64,000 nt of DNA from Lama guanicoe (taxonomy: Eukaryota): the NCBI GenBank assembly GCA_013239625.1, contig MU055753.1, positions 2,224,702-2,288,701 of the forward strand, in the 5' to 3' direction. Below the pieces are notes generated by a model, which had not been told where the DNA came from, did not search any database, and worked only from the letters and a program-made list of their open reading frames with translations. Both the position numbers and the translations under genes were made by a program. How positions within the stretch are numbered: the stretch's first letter is position 1; every line of letters starts with the position of its first letter. Positions 11,701-26,400 of the stretch are shown one piece after another.

Positions 11701-13243
11701 TTTCTGTACCATTATGGCCTGGCTCAGGGGAGACATGAGCAGGTGGGCAGAGGAGGATGAGCGCCCCACGGGAAGAGCAAGCAAAGTGTGGAGGACAGGG
11801 GTGTGGTGTGTGGGGACACTGACAGGGGTAGAGTCAAGTGGGAATCGACCTGAGGGGCAAGACCCCCTGGCATCTGTGGCCCAGGCTGCCCTGGTCCCGG
11901 CACAGCTGCTTGGGTGTCTGCTTCTCCCTTCTTCCCGCTGGGGTACCCAGGCCCTCAGGACCAGCTGAGGGAGGTCACAGGGTGAGAGGGCCGCTCCCTG
12001 CAATGCTCACTGGCCAGTCTTCACTTGGCACCTACTGTGCATAGGCCCAGGTTAGGGCCAGGCAGGGAGGGTGGGGGAAACCACGTTCTGTGGCCGACCA
12101 CAGTACTGGCAGAGGGAGGCAGAGGGACGCAGAGGGAGAACTTGTGCTACACAGTGGGAAGAATCATGAAGGAGCCACGTGGGCAGGGAGCTGGGGAGGG
12201 TGCAGCCCCAGTGAACGGGCATGTGGAGCCCAGTGAAGGGGAGGGGGCAGGGCTGGGAGAGGAGAATGCCCCTGAGGGGTCTAGATGGGATCCTGGGGCC
12301 CAGGTCACTGCAGCAAAATGGGGCAGCTGCAGGGACTTGCAGGGAGCTAAGGAGGCCCCAGGCTGGAGAGGAGGAGGGCTGAAGAAGATTCCATGGGTCC
12401 AGGCTTCTCTGGGCAGGCCCCTGGAAATGGAGCTGGCTGGTTTCGGGTCAGTCAGAGGGCCCCTCCCTTGGTGGCCTCTCCAGGCATAACACACAATGAG
12501 GCCCAGGAGAAGCTTCAGGCTCTGCAGAAACACAAGGATACGTCACATCCCCTCCAGCCCTTCATCCCACTGGCCCTTGGCCTCCCTCAGGAGGGACCCA
12601 GAGCCCTGTACCAATCCTGCCCTCCTCTCTTTCACCTTGCAGTTCCTGTCCAAGAGGCAGGCCCGGGAGGCCAGCACAGGGAGGAGAGAACTGAGTCAGA
12701 AGCTCCAGGCAGATGCTCCTGTCAAGCAACAGTCCCCAGGGCACCTGTCAGCTTCTCAGGACCAATACATCTCTAGGGAACTGCCAGCAGCAGGCCAGGC
12801 AGGGGACTGCAGAACCCGCTTGGGAGCCAAGCTAAGAGGCACCAGCAGGGGGTGCCACGGACCCACACTTTGTGGCCGGATCCTTCTGCCTTTCCAGCCT
12901 CGTCCTTCCTACCCCCGCAGAACTAAGGCTCAGAGGCTGCAAGATGTCACCCTTCCCAGGCCTTGGGCATAGAATACCTACACAGAGCAACAGCCAGGGC
13001 CTGAGTCCAAGGTAGAGATGGTAGCAAATATAGGCAGGTCTGAGAAGGGCCAGGAGGGACAGGCCTGGCCAGCTGAGGCCCTGGCATCACTGCCCAGCCC
13101 GCTCCCAGAGCCCGGCTGCATCCTGATGGTGCGACCTATGTATATTGGGGTGGGGTCTTCATTCACCGCCCCTTCCCTGAAGAGAGGGGCCAGCTACCAC
13201 CATACCCAACGGCAGCAGCTCGGCCACTGGAGGCTCACGCCTG

Positions 13244-13603
<360 letters not shown>

Positions 13604-13877
13604 CTAGATCTGCTAATGAGCCCGTTTCCCCAGCCTGCACCCTCATGTCCCTGTTCCCGCCTCTCGTGCCTGCCCCACCCCCCAACACTTTCTTCCTCTG
13701 CCATCATAGGGGCTCTGCCTGTCTCTCAGGTGAGGCACCTACCACTCACGTCAGCAAGGGCTGGCCCAGCAGCTTTTGCTGCCCATGACCCTGCAACCTC
13801 CACCCAGGCTGAGTGACCAAGGGCTGGCAGGAGCCGGGCTGGCAGGAGCCCAGCTGGAGGCGGAAGGAGGCACCCAC

Positions 13878-14100
13878 CTATGATGAGGCAATCGTTGCCC
13901 CCAGCCATGAACAAGGACTCAGTCTTGGAGGGTAGGTTGAAGTGCCGAGCAGCCAGGAACGGCGAGAGACGGTCAGCGGGGTCTGAGGACGTGGAGTGGC
14001 AGAGTGAGGAAGGAGTGGTGGTGGGTTCCATGGACACGGGCCTGGTCAGCTCCGGGTGTTTGATGACCACCCACTCATAGCGTTGGACCTCGGGCTGCAG
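13878..14100 (-). CDS. TBC1D24: TBC1D24 exon 7
   Basis: ctcag|CTG...ATAG|gtggg; [18 protein letters not shown]...DCLII; 223 nt. Confidence 0.96.
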
Positions 14101-14422
14101 CTGAGGGCAAAGGGGCAGCACAAGGAGCTGGCACCGGCCCTGCAGAGCCCCTTCTGCCCACTTTTCCCCACAATCCATCATCAGCACCCTCTCCGTGTGA
14201 GGCCCCGAGCCAGGGGCTAGGAGACGGCGCCGCATGCACGGGTAAAGGCCTGCCTGCTCTCATGGCACTCATGGTCTAATGATCACCAGCCAGAAGGGAA
14301 CAGGGTGGTACCTGTGCGGTAACTGCTATGACGAAAGTAAACAGGGTCACATGAGTGGGGGTGACGTGGGGTTGGGGGTCAGGCCTGTCGACCCAGTAAC
14401 TCCCGCAGGGAGACTCACTCAC

Positions 14423-14518
14423 CCTAAACACAAAGCATTCTCCAGTCCCAAAGAAGCCCAGTTTGCCTCCAAACTTATTCCTCTCACTCCAGTCTGTTGA
14501 CAGGTAAGCTCCACACAC
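14423..14518 (-). CDS. TBC1D24: TBC1D24 exon 6
   Basis: [32 protein letters not shown]; AG/GT flanks; 96 nt. Confidence 0.96.
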
Positions 14519-15486
14519 CTGGGGAGAAAGGCTCAGGGTGAGGCTGCACCCTGCTTAGGGCCTGCTGGGGGACCATGGTACAGCTGGGGGGTACTGTTGT
14601 CACAGCCCCACCCTCACCACTTGAGGGCTAGGGGTGGAGAGTAGTATGGGAAAGTCAGAGTTTATAGGTGTGAGCTGGCAGTGAGAGTGGGAAGACTGCC
14701 TCGGCCACCATTAGCTTCCTGGGGATATTTTCATTTCCCTCCTTGGCCTTAAGGCATGGGGGTAAGCTCCATGTCCACACTCGGGTTGTGGCATCAGCCC
14801 CAGGGAGGTGACTCAGATGGAAACTTTCAGGAGGTACCCCTGCTCAGGAAACATTTCCCAACCCCAGCATCAGCCAACAAAATGCTCGATTAGAGAGTCA
14901 CTTCTTTGAGTGGCACAGCGTTTGCACAAAGTATCTGACAATCAGTCACCTGCTATAATGCAGATGCCCAGGCTCCTGCTGGCAACCCAGATGCAGAGTC
15001 TGGAATGAGGTGAGGGACCTATAACTCCCACAGGTGTAGGTCTGGGAGCCATTGAACAAGGAGCCTCTAATGCAAGCAGAAGCCCCTAGGATGGGGGCAC
15101 GTGAGCTCTGACTTTTCGAGGCATCTCAGGGTACTTTCCAGATGCCAGCTACTGCAGAAAGCCAGGCCTTGAGCACTACTCGTTAAGGGGGTGGAGGCAG
15201 GTAAAGGCAGACGACTCACCTGGCACTGCTGCTGCAGAAAGAGGCAGGGCCTCACTCACGACGCATTTCTGCAAAGCTCCTCTAAACTGCCAGGCTGTTT
15301 CAGTAGTGGCCTGGACCCCCAGGGGAAACAGGGAGGCCCTGAGTACTTGGTGGTCACATGGGGAGGCTGGATTCGCCTCTCTGTAGAGGGCCAGCCCTGC
15401 TCTGCACCCCAAAGCGCAGGAAGCCTGGGTTGGGGGTACAAGGGAACACCCACCCTCCTTGGGGCATGAGAGCAGCAGATTCCTCA

Positions 15487-15639
<153 letters not shown>

Positions 15640-16789
15640 TCACCCTGGCACCCCTTCCCCAGCACCCACAGTGTCTGAGAAACTCAGGCTGTCTGGGGGT
15701 GGACCAACCTGGGAACTGCTTTTCCTCACCTCCTCACAGAGCCAGGCACTGTGGGCAAGAACTGCAACACCTTGGCCTGGGCACTTTTCTCAGCTAAGAT
15801 GGAGCACTGGCCAGGAGGCCTGCAGGCCAAGCGGTCAGAGGCCCCAGGACTCTCGGCCTGGTATGATGCAGAGGAGAAGCTGCACAGTGGACAGAGCCAA
15901 ACGCCAGGTGCTTCAGGGAAGCAAGAACCAGAGGAACAGGTCCCTGCTGTAGGAAAGCTCAGAACGTCCTTGGGAGCTGGGCAGCACCAGGAAGCATGTG
16001 AGGAGGCCTGAGGCTGCCACTGTGATGGTGCCAGGTGCCCAGGACTTGGCTGGCATCCCTGATGGCCCTGCTAGGCCATCCCTCAGCAGGCCTCCCACAC
16101 TGCAGAGGTGAGAGTCAGGTAAATACAGCTGTAGCTACGCCATGTTTGTGGGGTCATTGACAGTACCTGCCATGTGGGCTGGGCCAGCTCCACCTGTGTC
16201 ATCCCTGCAGGGTCACCTGTGACCCAAGCCAGAGCTTCTGAGGCCACCTGCCATTTAAGGCTCTAAGGGGGTGGTCCTACCTGGTAGAGTGACCTTGAGA
16301 GACAGTGGGCCCTGAGGGAACCCGGCCAGAATGCCCTGGACGTTGCCAGGGCCTGGCACAGGCACTACCCACAGGGCTGACCTGGCCTACAGACTGACGG
16401 AGTCGGGGTGGAGCAGTAGTGACCAAGGCCTGTTGCCTCCAGCTATCCTCTCTGACAGTTCTGAAAGCTCCCTCTGCAAAGTCTGCCTCCTGTATCACCA
16501 CATTACCTACATGGGGGCCTGGACCCCTGAGGTTTGTGTGGTCCAGGAGTGAGAAAAGCCCAGAAAAGGGGCTCCTAATTCTAGCGTCCCCCACAAAGAG
16601 GGAGGATGCCCACATTCAGAGGCCCATTTCCAGCTACCACTGTGACCTCTCGGAAGCGTGGGCAGGGTGAGAAGATGGGCAGCCCCTCACCTCACTCGAC
16701 CCCTTCCACACTGTCCATCTGGCCCTCGGAGCCCAGGCCTCAGGGCCTTGGGAGGGCAGGCCGAGACTCCTCCGGCCTCCTGGGCGTTA

Positions 16790-17032
<243 letters not shown>

Positions 17033-17407
17033 TCATGGGAGTCAAGACTAAAGTAAACTTCTCACCTATTCAGCCAGGTCAGAGCCTGGTTCTAGATGCC
17101 CTCAGGGAGACACGGGGTAGAGCTGTCCCCTAGAGCCCCGCTCCCATCCCGCTACAAAGAGGGGAGAGCACCCAGCCCCAGTGGGGACAAAAGCACCTTT
17201 TCTCAGAAATGGGGACAGAAAGCAAGTCAACTCCAGCAAGACAATGCTTCAAGGCCAGCCAAGCACCAGCAGGCAGGCAGCCAGGCAGCCAGGCAGACAG
17301 AAAGACAGAAGCCAGCCCTGAGAGCCAGAGCAAACAGCCAGGCCCTGGGACAGCCAGGCTGGAAGACAGAGATAAGCCAAGTGTGGAGACATGGTTTCCA
17401 GACCTAC

Positions 17408-17425
17408 CTTTTAGAAAGTGAAACA
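17408..17425 (-). CDS. TBC1D24: TBC1D24 exon 3, 18-nt alternatively spliced microexon (SVSLSK)
   Basis: ttttcag|TGTTTCACTTTCTAAAAG|gtaggt; frame-preserving; including it gives a 1680-nt CDS = 559 aa. Confidence 0.92.
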
Positions 17426-18015
17426 CTGAAAAACAGGAGGAAGCAACGGACACGGAAAAGATGAAGAAAAATAAAACAGACAAGGAGAGGTTAGTGGCAA
17501 GTACTGATGCCCAGGACATGCCTGCCTTTGGCCCAAGAGAAAGGCCTCCACGTCTACAGCACCGTCACAGTGCCTGCCGTTGAGAAGGTCTCAGGACACA
17601 TGGGCCCTTCCCAGGCCTGCTCCCCAGGGGGCCGTGCCTGGCAGCCAGGAGAACAGCCAGCAAGAGAGCCCGGAGCTGGAGTGGTGGAGCAAGTGCTCTA
17701 AAATGACTCAAGGAGTCAGCCTGGCTCACTGCTGGGCCTTCTGGTGCCATGGGCAGCATCCAGCTTCCATCCCAGCCAGAGGCCCCATGCCCAAGGACAG
17801 CACCCTGTACCTTCAGCAGCCTGTGACTATAGCCAGGTAGGTCTTTCTCCTTTCCTGTGGTTTTCTACCTACGCATGGATGGATGGCCAGCTGGCTGGCC
17901 GGACAAGCTCACACCTCAAGCCCCCAGTATGCATTCCGCCAAAGCCCCACCCCACCCAGGCCCTGGTGCCCTGCCCTGAATCTGGCCACACCTGTGGCCC
18001 CAAGGGACCTGCCTA

Positions 18016-19089
<1,074 letters not shown>

Positions 19090-20169
19090 CTATATCCTAT
19101 AGGATTAAAAGCCATGCTTAATACATGTATATGAAGGTTCACATTTTTAAAAAACAGGTTTTTGTTTTAATCTTTTTTATAAAGTATCAGAAAGGCTTCC
19201 ATTTAAGGTAAGTGGATATTCTGAGAATTCACTATGAACTCTGGAGTATAACTTCTTTCCTTGGGGCTTATGAAGCTACTGAATAGGTCACACAGATTCT
19301 GGGTAGTGAGAGGCAGGCTAGAGATGAGTTTCTGAAAGGGCTTTGAGAGGCTTACCCTGCTGAAAACAACTCTCTGTCCCAGGGGTGAGAGGCCCACAAG
19401 GCTCCCACACTTCACCCTGTGGCCTGTGGGCCTTCTGAAAAGGAGCTACTAGTCAAGAAGACTCCATTAAGCCAAGAGATGCTGCGTTTCAGTTCTCAAA
19501 GGCTTCAGGCCTTCAACCGGCCTGCATCATGAGGAAGACACACACCTACTCTGCCAGCCGTCCCTGGGTTGGAATTTGGAGGCCAGCTTTTAATGTTCTA
19601 AAAATACCAGCTTAGTTTCAGGCAGGTATTTCAGAGAAGAATCATTGGTGGTGAGTAGACATGAGGGCTGAACAATAAATGGAAGGCATTACAGCTTCAA
19701 AATCAGACATTTATGCATCCAAATGAGCCAGAAGTATGGGGGATTTGGTGCTGCCTCTCCATTATAGGCAACTAATGAGATTCATGTAGACATTAAAAAA
19801 ATGGGTAAAATGTGCTATCTGGGACTCCGGCTGCATGTGGACAGTGAGATAGAAGCCTACCGTTCAGAACACCACAGTTTAACATCTGTTTTTGCCAAAG
19901 GCTACTGCTGTCAGCACAAAAGACAACAGTTTGCCTGCGTACCTCAGACTAACCTTTCTGCCTGCGATGGTACAACTGTCGAGATATCACAAAGGCTTGC
20001 TTCAGTGAGTTCTGGTAAATGACCAGATCATTCCGGTTTCTCCTGCATCGAGAACATTCATCTGAAAATATAAAAAGCAAGTAATGCTTTAAAAACATTA
20101 AGCGGAAAGAACTGTAATATAAGGCCTCTATGAGTCAGGTGTCTTGAGAAAGCACCTTAATGTGGTGCT

Positions 20170-20975
20170 TTTTTTATTGTGTTAAAATATGCATAACAAA
20201 CATTAACCGTTTTTAAACAGTTCAGTGGCATTAAGTACATTCACAATGTTGTGCAACCATCACCACCATCCATCTCTAAAACTTTCTCATCTTCCCAAAT
20301 GGGAATTCTGTCCCCATTAGATACTCACTCTCCATTCCCTTGCCCCCACTCCTGGCACCTACCACTCCACCTTCGAAGAACTGGACCACTCCAGGTACTT
20401 CACACTAGTGGAATCTTATAGTATTTGTCCTTCCTTGTCTGGCTTATTTCATTGATCACAATGTACTCAAGGTCCACATATGTTTATAGCATGTATGAGA
20501 ATGTATTTTAGGTTTACAGTAAAATTGAGAGGATGGTAGAGATTTCCCACACACCCTCTGCCCCACACAGGCATAGCCCCCCATTATCAACATTCCCCAC
20601 CAGATGGTACATTTGCTACAACTGATGAAATTACACTGACACATCACCCAAATCTATAGATTAATGAGGGTCCATTCCTGGTCCTGCACATTCTATGAGT
20701 TTGGACAAATGTAAACTTATACGTATCCTGATTATAGTATTATTCAAAGTATTTCTGCTGCCCTAAAAATCCTGTGTTCCACCTATTCATCCCTGCTCAC
20801 CCCTCACCACCAGAATTTCATTCCTCATTATGGTTAATAATATTCCATTGTATGGATAGAACACATTTTATTTATCCACTCATCTGTCAATGGACTTTTG
20901 GGTCTTTCCACCTTTTAGTTGTTGTGAATAATGCTGCTGTGAACACGCCTGCACAAGTATTTGTTCAAGTCCCTG
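20170..20975 (-). mobile_element. Composite old L1M 3' fragments (L1MB-like interrupted by L1MC-like at about 20500-20800)
   Basis: T-tail then cagtggcattaagtacattcacaatgttgtgcaaccatcacc; internal ccccaccagatggtacatttgctacaactgatgaa; resumes with tattccattgtatggata. Confidence 0.65.
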
Positions 20976-22694
20976 GACATATATCCAGTGACACTGTTTT
21001 TACAGGGATCTTTCCGCAGGAAACATTAATTAAAATAAGATTTTGTGACATCTATTTAACATGTCCCAGTAGAAAAGCCTTGCCCACAACAGGACCAGGC
21101 CTGCTGCCAGTGCTGGAACCCTCTTCCCCAGAAGAAAAGAAACCCAAATGGCAGTTGGTTTGTTTTCTCTGTCCTGGGCTGGACAGCAGGAGGGGCTCCC
21201 CCTCCCAGGTTGTGAAGGCTAGGCCAACAGGCCCACTCGCATCCCCACGGCCACTCCCAGGCCCAGCACTCCATGATCTTCCATGGATAAGTTACCTATA
21301 GAGTTTATATCCTTCATTCCAGGCTCTGAGTCCACTAGCCTCTGGGGGGACCCCAGGCCTATCCTGTTTGTGGGAATAGAACCTGCTCCTTTTCAGGGCA
21401 ATAAACACGTTTATAAACAGAACAAGAGCTGGGCAGGACAACACCAACCCTCACTCGACTGGCTTCAGATTCAGGTTGAATATTAAACTGGAAACTCCAA
21501 AAATGATTAGTGTACCTTGCAAATTCCTTCAGAAAGGGCCTTCAGGGAGAAGTAGGCCTATGGTTTTATTTGCTGCAGCAAGCGGGCCTGGGAACACACT
21601 GGATTCGGAGGGACTCCAAGGCAAAGACATTTGCAGAAGACCCTGAAGAAGCCCCTCCAGACCTCTGCAGGCTCCCACCCGAAAAGATAGCACGGTACTT
21701 CCAGAGCAGAGCAAATAAGGCTCGTGATGACCTCCTCAGGCATCTATAAAACCAGGGATCAGGGTAGATTTTTATTTGCTTATTTATATGAATACATAAT
21801 CACGATAAAGTCAAATAATACAAAATTATAGAGTAAAAATGTAAAGTCCTGTTTAAGCTACCCCTCAATCCTCTTCCCTCTTCTAGCTAAAACAATCATC
21901 ATTCACATTTTAGTGCACATCCTTCAAAACCTTTTCTTGCATTTACATGCACACATATTCACACCCCAGTGAGACTGTTTAAGCTGGCTACTGGGAAGGG
22001 GAAGTCAGGAGGCGGGAAACAGACCAAAACCTAAAGTCATCTGGGTTGGACCCACACGGTCTAGAAGTAAGTTTCAGAACTGAAGCGATACCCTCCCCCA
22101 GTTATTCCGTCTGCAGCTTGTGGCTGTCACACAACACTGTCTACACTTCCTGCTCCCTTGTGGAAACAAGGCTTCACCTGTTCCCCACCGCCTCCAACTC
22201 CTGACAAAGGTGTCAGGCCTGGGAAGGAGGCCATGCTTCCTGGTCGGCACCAGGCGGTCGGGAGTAGAGAAGCAAGGCAGGAGTGAATGTGGGCAATAAT
22301 TGAATTTAAAGTCAGACAGGCTGAGCTTCAAAGTCCAGCTTTGCTATCTGTCTGGCCAAACCTCAGATAAGCCATGCCTCTCCCCTGAACAGCAGCTGCC
22401 TGTCTCTTAAAGGAAGTGATGAATACGAACCACCCAACAGACATGAATCCCCAAGCAACACCTGAGGGTTGAGTTCTTACTCTGGACTCTGACTCGGGCA
22501 CGGGTGGCAGCCCACTCTCTTTCTCATGTACCTTTGCCTCCTTGGCAAACCAGGGCAGACAGCCAGCAGGCTGGCCGCTCTTCCCAGCCAGCAGAGCCCT
22601 ACCAGCAGGTGCCCTGGAAAACCACTTTCCCTTGGCCTCAGGAGGGGAGGGAGGGAATGAATCCTAACCACAAACACTGCACTCACCTTAAGGC

Positions 22695-22747
22695 CACACA
22701 CACATACACACACACACACACACACACATACACAAACACACACACAC
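22695..22747. repeat. Imperfect (CA)n microsatellite
   Basis: Read directly from the sequence. Confidence 0.9.
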
Positions 22748-22959
22748 CCCTAGTCTCAAGTTCACTGTGGAAGATTGGGGGTGGGGGCAGGGCTGGCTCT
22801 CTGTAGTGGCATCTCTCCACCAGCCCTGTGGGAGAAGGCTGGCCCCACCCGCCTGCAGCTCCCTCAATTTGGAATGTAGGAATGAACTTTGTGTTTTTTG
22901 TCCTCAGCTTTGGGCCTAACCTGCAATTCTGGGAAAACAGGAAAAATTCCTCTTAACAC

Positions 22960-23440
22960 CCCGTTAAACTCACAAGAATTGCAGACAGTGATCAGATAGG
23001 GACACCACACTGCATGTCTGGAGGGCGGTGGCTACTTTAGCTGGGATCATCAGGGTGGACCTCTCCCAACTTGAGCTGAAGCGATAAGGAAGCAGATGGA
23101 AGAGCTGAGGAAAAGCCACCCTGGACAAAGAGAAGAATGAGTGCAAAGGCCCTGAGGTAGGAACAGGGCTGGTGTGCTCCAGGAAGAGAAGGGCATCCAG
23201 TGTGGCCAGACCACAGTGTGCGAGGCAAGAACAGTGGAAACAACCACGGGCTGGATCGTGCATAGGGAGGAGTCTGCATTTTACTCTAAGTGCAGTGGGG
23301 CTCAGGGAAGGGATGTGATCCAACGGATGTGCTTAAAAGCCAATTGTGAGGATTAACTGAGACTGTTTATAGAAAGCACTCAGTCCAGCCTGGCACGCCA
23401 GAGCAGCTCAGATGTCCCAAGAGCCTCTTACCATTACTGC
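22960..23440. mobile_element. L2 fragment followed by a MIR-like fragment
   Basis: tgcaaaggccctgaggtaggaacag...ttttactctaagtgcagtggg (L2); ttgtgaggattaactgaga...agcactcag..cctggcac (MIR). Confidence 0.5.
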
Positions 23441-26400
23441 TCCTTGGGGTCCCCTGGCCTGGCACTGGCTCTGGGATGTCTGTGGAGTGATGGGGTCTGG
23501 TGAGTTAATGCCCCACCAGTCCTGTGGAGGAGCCTGAGCATGCCCCCTCCGTAAGGGGGAGGCACAGCCACAGGAGGCTGCCACCTAGGTTCTCTCACAC
23601 AGCCCCACGAAGGTCCCCTGCTCCCTTTGGAATGACCCCTTCAAATGGCCCCTTTGAGGGACCTACCTCCCCTTCCTGCCTGTCCTGCTGCTTTCTGACC
23701 CCGTAAGCCCCTTCCAGTGACCCTCGTGTTCCTTTCCCACACACACACACTATACCAGTTTTGAGAGTTTAGGCTACCTAATGGAAAGCAAGTATTTCTT
23801 TGAAAGAAAAATAAAAACCTAAGTGGAAATGAGTGACATCTACTTCCCTGAAATGTTATCTTGCTGTGCCAGTGACAGCTCCCTCCAGCTTCCCGTCCTG
23901 TGGTGATGACCAGTGCACCCTCCAGCCCGAATACATGGTCCTGGGTCTGCCAAGAGCAAGTTCACATCAGTCTCTAGAGAGGTCTGAAGTGTTAGCAGCC
24001 CCTTCAGCGGCTCCTGGCCTGCAGACACGCAGGCCCTGGGCAAAAGCAGCCTTTCTGAGGAGCGGAGTTCCTGTGAGATGATGTTTTGACCAAGAAAACC
24101 CTATAGGAGCTCAAATAAACCTCAACTCTGCCCTCCCCCAAATTTGGGTGAACCCCCAAAGTGTGCCCACAGGAAGAGGGAGGTGGCCAGCTGGGGTGGA
24201 AAGAGCCCAGCCCCACCCCCGAACCTGTCAGCTCTGCTCCATCAGGTGTGCAGCCCTACGAGCGGATTTCCAACCAGGAACAGACAGGAGGAGAAAGAGG
24301 ATGTGTGAGGAAGGACAAGACCTCACTATGGACAGTGGGGCAAAAGACAGCCAGGACCACGCCACTGGTTAAGCAGGACCCCTCCTGCACCCTCCTTCAA
24401 GGACTGCTGAACACAAATTCCACCACCAGGTGATTTAGCCTCTCATTCCCATCTCCTCCAATCCTGAGGACAGTCTCGTGGCACAGGGATTCATTACACT
24501 TCACAGATGAGGGAAAGGAGATACAGAGAGGCACCTGAGGGTCCCCAGCACAGGGAGAACCAACCCTGATCTGTCAGCCTTCAGAGTGATCACAGAGGCC
24601 ATAGTGTCCTCTATCCTGCTCCCACCTCAGGAGCACAGGCCACACAGGGTGGTCAGCCCCGCCCACCTTCCCTCTTCAGCCAGTTCACTGGCTGGCTTCT
24701 CAATGCCACGCTGCTGTCTCAGAACACCACCCTGGGTCCAACGAGTCATGAGACCTCTGCCTTCCTCACGTCTTATGTGGGGAACATGATTTTCCCAAAC
24801 AATTGGATTTGAAAACAAACTTGCTTTCATGTGACAAACAGACCTTCACATTTAAGCCTGGGCGATTCCATCTTAACCACCTGACAACAATGGGTGCCAT
24901 GTCTCCCTTACAGGCTGCCTCTCCCAGAGGGCCCAGCACTCCATTACAGCTCCCCTTGCCCCAAACTTCCATTCATCTGACAAACTTCTATTCAGTTGCC
25001 TTTTCTGGGCAGGGCACCAGGGATATGAGAGTAAAAGATGGCTCTCAAGACCAATGATGACAGCACACACAGTCAGACCAGGCAGGGTGCTGGTGACTAC
25101 CAAGGCAGGGTTCTGACTCTGCATGAGCACCACAGAAGGGGCAATGCTACCCTGAGTGCATAAAGATGGGGGTGGGGACAAAAGCATAAGGGAAGGCATG
25201 GCAAACTGTGGAGCTTCAGGCAGACGACATGGAGTGGCTGATGGTGGGATGAGAGGGGGCCAGCAGCCTTGCATGCCACCTGCACTAGGAGACTGGACAT
25301 CACCCCCACACAAGAGGGAGCAGGAGGAGAAGAGCCTAAGCAGAAAGTGACATGATTAGATCTGCATTTTAGAAAAATCCCCCTCGTGGCCATGGAGGAA
25401 GGAGGGCAGAGTCCAGAAGTGGGGGCAGAAGGAGGGCTGGGCTGAGGCTGACCACAGAGGATGAAGATGGGGTGGATTCCACCAGATGAGGTGACCTGAT
25501 GGTGGGGGGCACAGACCCAAGCAATGAACAGAGAATTCCAGTCCAGCGGTGGGGTTTTGGTGGGGCAACATGCAGCAAGAGGCAGCCCTGTGCAGAGGGA
25601 GGTTGGTGCTCACCATGATGCCTGCCCACTCCCATGACCCCTGCCCAGTCCAGCCTGCCTACTCTCCCCTACCCCTTGGCTCCAGTTCAAGGACCCAGGG
25701 CTCAGCCTGGCTGGGCCTTAGTCACTATGCCACAGGACAGGGTGGCTGCACTGTTGTGTTTCAGTTCTTCCCCTCTAGTCTGAGCAATTCCACATCTGTT
25801 TCCTGGGAGTGAGACCAGGAACAAAGAAGAGTAAGGAGGCTCCAGCCCTGCAGACTGGTCAAGAACAGGCCAATGGGCAGGAAGGAGGAGCAGTGAGGTG
25901 CTCAGTCCCAGGCTTGAGAATCTCCATGAGACCAAGAAATGCACAATCCTTTCAGGAAGTTTCCCCAGAGTGAAATTCAGAGCATGTGCTATTCAGGTAG
26001 TTCCTCAGCCTCAGAGACCACCAGTCCCCAGACAGGATGCAGAAGAATGACAGATTCTTCAACACCTAGTGGCCCCACTCCAGCCCTCAAGGTTTGTGGG
26101 GTCTGGAGGTGAGAAAAACACAGAAATTACAGGACACGGTTGCTGCCTGTTAAGATGCTCAGGGTGCTGGGGACATGGGGCAGCCAGTCAGGCAGAAAAC
26201 ATGGCAGCAGGACAGGGAAGGAAAGATGACCTGTGTGTGGGCAGGGAGGGCTCATCCAGGTGGCTAAGCGTGTGGCTCAGCTTGCAAGGTATTTGGGTAG
26301 AGGAGCAGGGCCAGTGGGACAGCCTAGGCATCTGGGCTGGTGAGTCAGGCATGGTAGCAGGTGCTCTGAGGGAGAACGTGGAAGGAAGTGGGGGCGGTTG

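Noticed and set aside
20149-20175. Hairpin plus T-run resembling a bacterial intrinsic terminator
   Set aside because: Mammalian intron; the T-run is the reverse-complemented A tail of an L1 element
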